From: Eledone cirrhosa
Taxonomy: Eukaryota
Direction of reading: 5' to 3'
Assembly (NCBI GenBank): GCA_964016885.1
Contig: OZ024746.1
Span: 71,114,001 to 71,178,000 of the forward strand
DNA length: 64,000 nucleotides
The notes under the pieces were generated by a model. The model saw only the letters and a program-made list of their open reading frames with translations, made no database searches and was not told the DNA's origin. The position numbers were made by a program, and so were the translations under genes. How positions within the stretch are numbered: the stretch's first letter is position 1; every line of letters starts with the position of its first letter. Below, in pieces: positions 55,857 to 64,000 of this stretch.

Positions 55857-56745
55857 GATGATGGTGGTGGTGATGATGGTGGTGATGATGGTGGTGATGA
55901 TGGTGGTGGTGATGATGGTGGTGGTGATGATGATGGTGGTGGTGATGGTGGTGGTGATGATGGTGGTGATGATGGTGGTGATGATGTTGGTGGTGATGAT
56001 GGTGATGATGGTGATGATGGTGTTGATGGTGGTGATGGTGGTGGTGGTGATGATGGTGGTGATGATGGTGGTGATGATGATGGTGGTGATGGTGGTGATG
56101 ATGGTGGTGGTGATGATGGTGGTGATCATGGTGGTGGTGATGGTGGTGATGATGGTGGGGATGGTGTTGATGGTGGTGATGGTGGTGGTGGTGGTGATGG
56201 TGGTGATGATGGTGGTGGTGATGGTGGTGGTGATGATGGTGGTGATGATGGTGGTGATGATGATGGTGGTGATGGTGGTGATGATGGTGGTGGTGATGAT
56301 GGTGGTGATCATGGTGGTGGTGATGGTGGTGATGATGGTGGGGATGGTGTTGATGGTGGTGATGGTGGTGGTGGTGGTGATGGTGGTGATGATGGTGGTG
56401 GTGATGATGGTAGTGATGATGGTGGTGGTGATGGTGGTGATGATGGTGGGGATGGTGGTGATGATGATGATGATGGTGTTGATGGTGGGGATGATGATGG
56501 TAGTGATGATGATGATGGTAGTGATGATGATGATGATGATGATGATGATGGTGGTGGTGTTGATGATGATGGTGGTGATGATAATGGTGTTGATGATGAT
56601 GGTGGTGATGATGGTAATGATGATGGTGGTGGTGATGATGATGGTGGTGATGATGTTGGTAGTAATGTTAATGATAATAGTGATGATGATGATAATGATG
56701 ATGACGACAACGATGGGGATGATAAGGATCGTGATGAGGATGATG
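55857..56745. repeat. (GAT/GGT)n trinucleotide array
   Basis: Read directly, with an internal duplicated block. Confidence 0.95.
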
Positions 56746-57372
56746 TATTAATAAGATCATAGATATCGACTGATTGTGGGTTAAGCAATTCAATTCAATT
56801 CAATTCTGTTTTAACCCTTTCCTGGAAGGCAGAGTCGTTAAACAAGAAAGTAGAAGCAAAAGAAAAAGAATATAAAACAATATACAGAATACATGTATAA
56901 ATACATTAAAAAAAAAAAAGAGATCGATCGACTTTCGTCAAATCGGACCGAGGAAACAATGTTTCCGTCGGTCTTTCCAATTGCTAATACTATCTATCGG
57001 TCGCAACTCCAGGTAGAAGGAGCAGCGTGAAATTAATTGTCTTGCTCAAAGACATAACGCATGGCCCGGTCCAGGAATCGAACTGACAACCTCAAGATTG
57101 TGAATCCAATTCTCTAACCACTCAGCCACACGCCTTCACATAAATACATTAATACAACAACAATAACAACAAACAATGGTAAGAACAAGAGACAAAAACA
57201 ACAACAGAAAACAGATAACAACAATACACAATAATAAGCACAGCAAGACATTTTAATAACACTGGACATAAGGCAACCATAGGGAGTCCTTTAGCCAACG
57301 GCCAGCAATGAGGTTAGCAGAGTTTTCGGTCAGTTGATGTTAATCTGTCTGGGTTTAACACCTATCACCCCC

Positions 57373-57472
<100 letters not shown>

Positions 57473-57527
57473 CTTACATATACGTGCATACATATATGCA
57501 TGTTTTTGCATACATACATATATGTAT

Positions 57528-57663
<136 letters not shown>

Positions 57664-57682
57664 TTATATACACACATATATG

Positions 57683-57780
<98 letters not shown>

Positions 57781-58276
57781 TATATAAACCAAGTTAAGTT
57801 TAAGGGTTATTAAGTGCATATGGTCAGAGCTTAAGGGAGAGAGATGAAGATAGGAGACAGACAGTCAGGTAGATAGATAGATAGATAGATAGAGAAAAAA
57901 AGAGAGAGAGTGAGAGAGAATAAGAGCGAGGGAGAGAGAGAGAGGGAGAGAGAGAGAGGGAGAGAGAGAGGGGCCGAGAGAAAATGAGAGTGGGGTGTAA
58001 CCTGTTGGACATGTTATTGTGGTCAAAACAACTCACGTGAACAGTGGTGTTAGCGTGAGGAAGAGTTGGGGGTAGTCTAACTCCTACCCCTCCTCACACT
58101 TACCTAGGTCTCGTCCTCCAGAAAATAACCACCACAGCCACAACAACAACATTGTATTGGTCACAAGGGCCAGAGACGTCGGAGACTATACAAGGACGAA
58201 AACACTGCACAGTATGGGGGTGTGCATCTAATAAAGGGAAAGGGCCACCAAACAAAGTGAAGCTGCAGGTATATAA

Positions 58277-58967
58277 CTATACCACCACCACCACTACTAC
58301 CTCCACTACTACTACCACCACCACGACGACCACCACCACTACCACCACCGCCACCACCACCACCATCACCACTACCACCACCACCGCCACCACCACTACT
58401 ACTACCTCCACTACTACTACCACCACCACTACTACCACCACCACCGCCACCACCACTACTACTACCTCCACTACTACTACCACCACCACGACGACCACCA
58501 CCACTACCACCACCGCCACCACCACCACCACCACTACCACCACCACCACCACCACCACCACCACTACCACCACAACTACCTCCACTACTACTACCACCAC
58601 CACCACCACCACGACGACCACCACCACTACTACCACGACAACCACCACCACTACTACCACCACCACCACCACCACCACCACCACCACCACCACTACAACC
58701 ACCGCCACCACCACCACCACTACCACCACCACCACCACCACTACCACCACCACCACCACCACCACCACCACCACCACTACTACTACCACCACCACCACCA
58801 CCACCACGACTACCACCACCGCCACCACCGCCACCACTACCACCACCACCGCCACCACTACACCACCACCACCACCACCACCAGTACCACCACCACCACC
58901 ACCACCACCACCACCACCACCGCCACCACTACCACCACCACCGCCACCACTACACCACCACCACCAC
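58277..58967. repeat. (ACC/ACT)n trinucleotide array
   Basis: Read directly. Confidence 0.95.
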
Positions 58968-59100
58968 TGTTTTATCGACCACGTAAGGATGAAAGGCAAA
59001 GTTAACCTCGGCGGGATTTGAACTCAGACCGTAAAGGACCGTAACTCTATGCTGCAAAGCATGGTGTTCGACTCTCTACCCATACTGCCAATCCATCGCC

Positions 59101-59154
<54 letters not shown>

Positions 59155-59171
59155 ATAATAATAATAATAAT

Positions 59172-59628
59172 GATCAGGTGAAGGTGCTATGGAATTTTAG
59201 GATACAGACGGACCAGAAACTGGAACACAATAGACCTGACCTGGTGGTTTTGGACAAGGAAAAAAGATCGTGCCTGATTGTGGATGTGGCCTGCCCATTC
59301 GACACGAGAGTGCAAGAGAAGGAGAGGGAGAAAATTAACCGATACCAGGACTTAAAGTGGGAGGTAAAAAGGATTTGGAACTGCCATGAAGTCAAAGTGG
59401 TCCCGATTGTCATAGGCGCACTAGGGACTATCTCTCAATAAGTTTCCAGGGATGGTTAAAGAAAATTGGCCCCTTCACGCTTTTTGGAACGCTTCAAAAG
59501 GCATGCTTGCTGGGAACAGCAAGAACCCTCCGATACGTCCTGAATGTCTGAGGCTGCAGGTAGTGGCTTGATATTCATTTCAACAAACTTTCCAGTTAAC
59601 TAACATCAATGACTGAGACTCAAAGAAC
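59172..59628 (+). mobile_element. 5'-truncated R4/Dong-clade LINE (RLE endonuclease, frameshifted) inserted in (TAA)n
   Basis: VLWNFRIQTD...HNRPDLVVLDK...VDVACPFD...EKINRYQDL...VPIVIGALG, with (TAA)n on both sides. Confidence 0.88.
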
Positions 59629-59659
59629 AATAATAATAATAATAATTGTTTAATAATAA

Positions 59660-61720
59660 TGGTTTCTTATATAGGCACAAGGCCAGCAATTTTTGGGGGA
59701 GGGGAAAATCGATTAAATCGACCCCAGTACGTTACTGGTACTTTATTTTATCGACCCCGTAAGGATGAAAGGTAAAGTTAACCTCGGTGGTATTTGAACT
59801 CAGCGCGTAAAGGGACGTAACTAAATGCCGCAAAGAATTTTGCCCGAGGTCCTAGCGGAGTTAATAATAACAATAACAAATAATCATGATAACCATACAA
59901 AATTATAATGGAAGTCAACTCAGTAAAATTCCCTAATAGAGGGGTACTGTGCTTTAGGCTAATTCAATAGAAACCCTCCCACTACCCTCAGTACCCACGT
60001 GTACTCTGTCGCACAAAGGGCATTGGATGTTCCCTCTCCTGGTTTCATACTTTCTGTTTATAAAATTATAGTCAGAGGAGGCCTCGTCAAACAATAGTAA
60101 TGGCTTCGTATGTAGGCACATGGCCAGCAATTTTGAGCGAGGGGAAAGTCGATTAACTCAACCCCAGTGTGTGACTGGTACTTTATTTTATCGACCTCGT
60201 ATGGATGAAAGGCAAAGTTAACTTCGGCGGGATTTGAACTCAGATCATAAAGGGCCGTAACTTTATGCTGCAATGCATGGCGTCCGACCCTATACCGATA
60301 CCACCAATAATTGTTTCTACTTTAGGCACAAGGCCAGCAAATTACCCAGTACATTACTGGTACTTTATTTTATAGACCCCGTAAGGATGAAAGGCAAAGT
60401 TAACCTCGGCGGGGATTTGAACTCAGACTGTAAAGGGACGTAACTATGCTAGAAAGCATGGCGTCCAACCCTCTACCGATACTGCCAATTCACCGCCCTT
60501 AATGATTTCTAATTTAGACAGAGAGCCAATAATTTGTAGGGTGGGGAAAGTAGCTTACATCGACCCTAATACGTGACTGGAATATCATTTTATCGATCCT
60601 GTAATGTTGAAAAGTAAAGTTGAATTCACAATGTAAAGAGTCAGAAAAAAATATCGGAATGACATTTTCTCCGACGCTCTACCAATTCTTCCAATTTCAC
60701 CATCGTTCGTCAAACAATATTAATAATTTCTTATATAGGCCCAAGGCCAATAATTTGGAGGAGAAGGGAAAGTCGATTAAATCGACTCTTGTGTTTTATT
60801 GGGGATTTATTTTATCGACCACATAAAGATGAAAAGCAAAGCTAACCACGGCGGGATTTGAACTCAGAGGGACACAACTCTCTGCTGCCAAGTTGTCCGA
60901 CGCTCTACCAATACTGCCAATCCACCTGCCCTTAAACAATAATTGTTTCTACTATTAGCACAAGACCAGCAATTAACCAGTACATTACTGGTACTTTATT
61001 TTATCGACGCCGTAAGGATGAAAGGCAAAGTTAACCTCGGCGGGATTTGAACTCAGAATGGCAAGGGCCGTAACTCTATGCGTCAAAGCATGGCGTCCGA
61101 CGCTCTACCGATACTGCCAATTCACCGCCCTTAAACAATAATGGTTTCTGATTTAGGTACAAGGCCAACAATTTTGAAGGAAGGGGAAGTCGGTTAAATT
61201 GATCTCAGTGCATTACTGGTACTTTGTTTTATCGACCCCCGTAAGGATGAAAGGCAAAGTTAACCTCGGCGGGATTTGAACTCAGACCGTAAAGGGACGT
61301 AACTATGCTAGAAAGCATGGCGTCCAACCCTCTACCGATACTGCCAATTCACCGCCCGTATTAATAATTGTTTCTACTTTTGGCACAAGGCCAGCAATTA
61401 CCCAGTGCATTACTGGTACTTTATTTTATCGACCCAGGAAGGATGAAAGGCAAAGTTAACCTCCCGTAATAATTGTTTCTACGTTAGGCACAAGGCCAGC
61501 AATTACCCAGTGTATTACTGGTACTTTATTTTATCGACCCCGGAAGGATGAAAGGCAAAGTTAACCTCCCGTAATAATAATAGCTGTTTCTTAGATGGGC
61601 ACAATGACAGAATATGAAAAGTCGATTATATCGATCCCATTGCATAACTGGTATCAATTAACTCCGAAAACATGAAAGGCAAAGTTGCGTTTGACGGGAT
61701 TTGAACTGAGAAGGTAAAGA
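59660..61720 (-). mobile_element. Head-to-tail cluster of about 10 SINE copies
   Basis: Repeated TTTCTAC..GGCACAAGGCCAGCAATT..CTGGTACTTTATTTTATCGAC..GGGATTTGAACTCAG, all on the minus strand. Confidence 0.88.
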
Positions 61721-61856
61721 GCCGTTACAAATACCAACACTCTAACGACTTGGCCATTTCTCTAATACATACAAAGAAGGAAAGAAAAGAGAGAGAGAGG
61801 TGAAAGGAGCGAGAGAGCGAGGGAGCGAGTAGAAGAAGAAGAAAAAGAAGAAGAAA

Positions 61857-61903
<47 letters not shown>

Positions 61904-62199
61904 AGAAGTGAAATAAAGGGTACGTAAAAACGACAAAAATGCACTCAATGAACCCAGCCATGTGAATAGGGAGATGCGGCAGGGGATATATTTTCTTTGT
62001 CAGGTTTTAGATGATGCTATATGTGTGCGTGCATATATACTTAGACACACATACACACATACACGAAAACGAATACACACCCCCACACCCCCACACCCCG
62101 ACACACACACATATATATATATATATAAATAGTGACATATGTGCATATACGACAACGAATGACATATGCACACATACATACGTATACAAACATGTACAT

Positions 62200-62920
62200 T
62201 TCTTGTGACACTAAACTTCGCCAGTTGCCGAATGCGCATCAACATGAGATATTTTTCTCCAGAAAGTTCGATCGCCAACAGCAGAGTTTAAATATCAAGT
62301 CCAGTCCATAGGTTGACATTATCAAGTCATCGTTTTGGCTGCCGGCCTCTGCTTCTCTTACTAGCCAAGCTTCCTTCCAGGCATAACCTACTCACACCAC
62401 GAGTTGATCTTTTTATATGGCTGTATAGTTTGAGTACTCTTGACTTGACAATTGATGTAATTGGTCTAAGTCTGGTAATGTTGAACAGCTCATTGATACA
62501 GATACGGTCGCTGAGCCGCTTGCCAGTCATGTCTCATGATGTGGTTCTGGAATGTAGAGAGCTTCATAAGTGACCTTGTTGTCCAATTAATACAGTCAAG
62601 ACCATATAACACAACTGGTAGGATGTAAGTATCAAAGATCTTAGCCTTCAAATGATAGGACACTCGTTTTGATTTTAGTACTTCCTTGTTCTTGTTGAAA
62701 GCTGCCCGACCTAGAGTGATGCGATACTGCGCAGCATCCATTCCATAGTTGTTTGATGATAGTTTGTGACCGAGGTATACAAACTCCGTAACTTGAGCAA
62801 TTTGCTGGTTGTAGATTGTGAGTTGGAGATTAGCATTGTTTTTATCAGTTGTCATACACTTTGTTTTGGAGATGTTGATGTGTAAGCCAGCCTCCAGTAA
62901 ATGTTTGGCCAGTACATTCA
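62200..62920 (-). mobile_element. 3' fragment of an RTE-clade LINE (frameshifted)
   Basis: GLHINISKTKCM...VTEFVYLG...LPVVLYG, then IKSRVLKLYSHIKR...KRSRGRQPKR. Confidence 0.8.
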
Positions 62921-63010
62921 GATACACAAATATATATACTTATGTATATCTGCCAGATGAACTACCGAACTGAAACTCCGAAGTCGCTGTCATTTTTCTA
63001 CTTAAAAACG

Positions 63011-63127
63011 ATTCTGATGAAATGACAGTTGATAATAACATTGAAATATTGAATGTCTGCATAACTAATACTTTGTAGATAGCAGCTGTTTTCAGGTTAT
63101 GTAACTGTTATTGAAACACGTGTCAAT
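63011..63127 (+). ncRNA. Type I hammerhead motif with long stem II, family D
   Basis: ATT-CTGATGA-AATGACAGTT...AACTGTTATT-GAAA-CACGTG-TC-AAT. GTC triplet, palindromic CACGTG. Confidence 0.72.
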
Positions 63128-63163
63128 AAATTCCTTTTAACTGAACTGTATCCAGTTAAATCC

Positions 63164-63214
<51 letters not shown>

Positions 63215-63405
63215 AAAACGTATGACCCCCGACAGCAGAGCTCAAGCCGTTTCGACGGCTATTTCTGGACGTCCAGAAATAGCCGTCGAAACGGCTTGAG
63301 CTCTGCCGTCGGGGTCATACTTTCTCCTATTACCCACTCTACTACCCTAAGTATTGAGTACTCTGGTGCATTATGGTCCATCTGGTTCCTTACCACAATT
63401 CCTTC

Positions 63406-63505
<100 letters not shown>

Positions 63506-63962
63506 AGAAAGAGAGACACTAGTGTTTCAGGATCTTTTGTTGAGGAAACCCCGACTATATCTATCCGGTAGCATATATCCACCTCCACTGACCTCCAACA
63601 TAGAACACAGCAGCATAGTTAACCCGGGGAAAACATGATTCTCCCGCCTATGCCACATCTACCGAGGCAACGAAACTATGGAAATGGCAGTATTCCATTG
63701 GTGCAAATTGGTGTTATACCCCAATAGCTGCAGGCCCAATGTCTATAGCATACCAAGAATTCAGAGTCCCGGGCCTGGAGTGGCTGGAGAGATAGAATGA
63801 CAGATGAAAAGATCGAAAAATGGAGATCCGTATGTAATGGGTTATCGTTAAAAAAAAAGAGAGAAAAAACCGTTTGTACAACACAAGTGCCACTCTCTAA
63901 GTCTCAGTGATTATTAACTGATGACAAACCTAAGCAAGATTACCTATAATCACGTAAACTAC

Positions 63963-63993
<31 letters not shown>

Positions 63994-64000
63994 TGTATGT

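Overview
AT-rich, microsatellite-saturated animal DNA, most likely an octopus or other coleoid cephalopod (inferred from the SINE families and repeat landscape). Almost all ORFs in the track are microsatellite artefacts. The only supportable host gene is a five-exon UNC93/UNC93A-like MFS membrane protein on the + strand (15440-15684, 22655-24155, 27768-27903, 30446-30577, 31909-32105; 2211 nt, 736 aa, all splice phases compatible). It carries a ~230-aa Ser/Thr-rich, sequon-rich insertion in the loop before the conserved CGxxxC motif. The rest is mobile DNA: a tRNA-derived SINE in dozens of copies, a second CORE-like SINE, R4/Dong-, Tx1-, CR1- and RTE-type LINE fragments, a non-autonomous Helitron, a hAT MITE and many (TA)n-flanked palindromes. 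The most striking signal, absent from the ORF track, is more than a dozen type I hammerhead-ribozyme (HHR) motifs from several unrelated sequence families. They sit in short (TA)n-flanked elements, in inverted pairs and in a 620-nt tandem (Penelope pLTR or retrozyme-like), and include U3-A8 covariant and U4C core variants. All structures were read by eye; none was folded or searched computationally.
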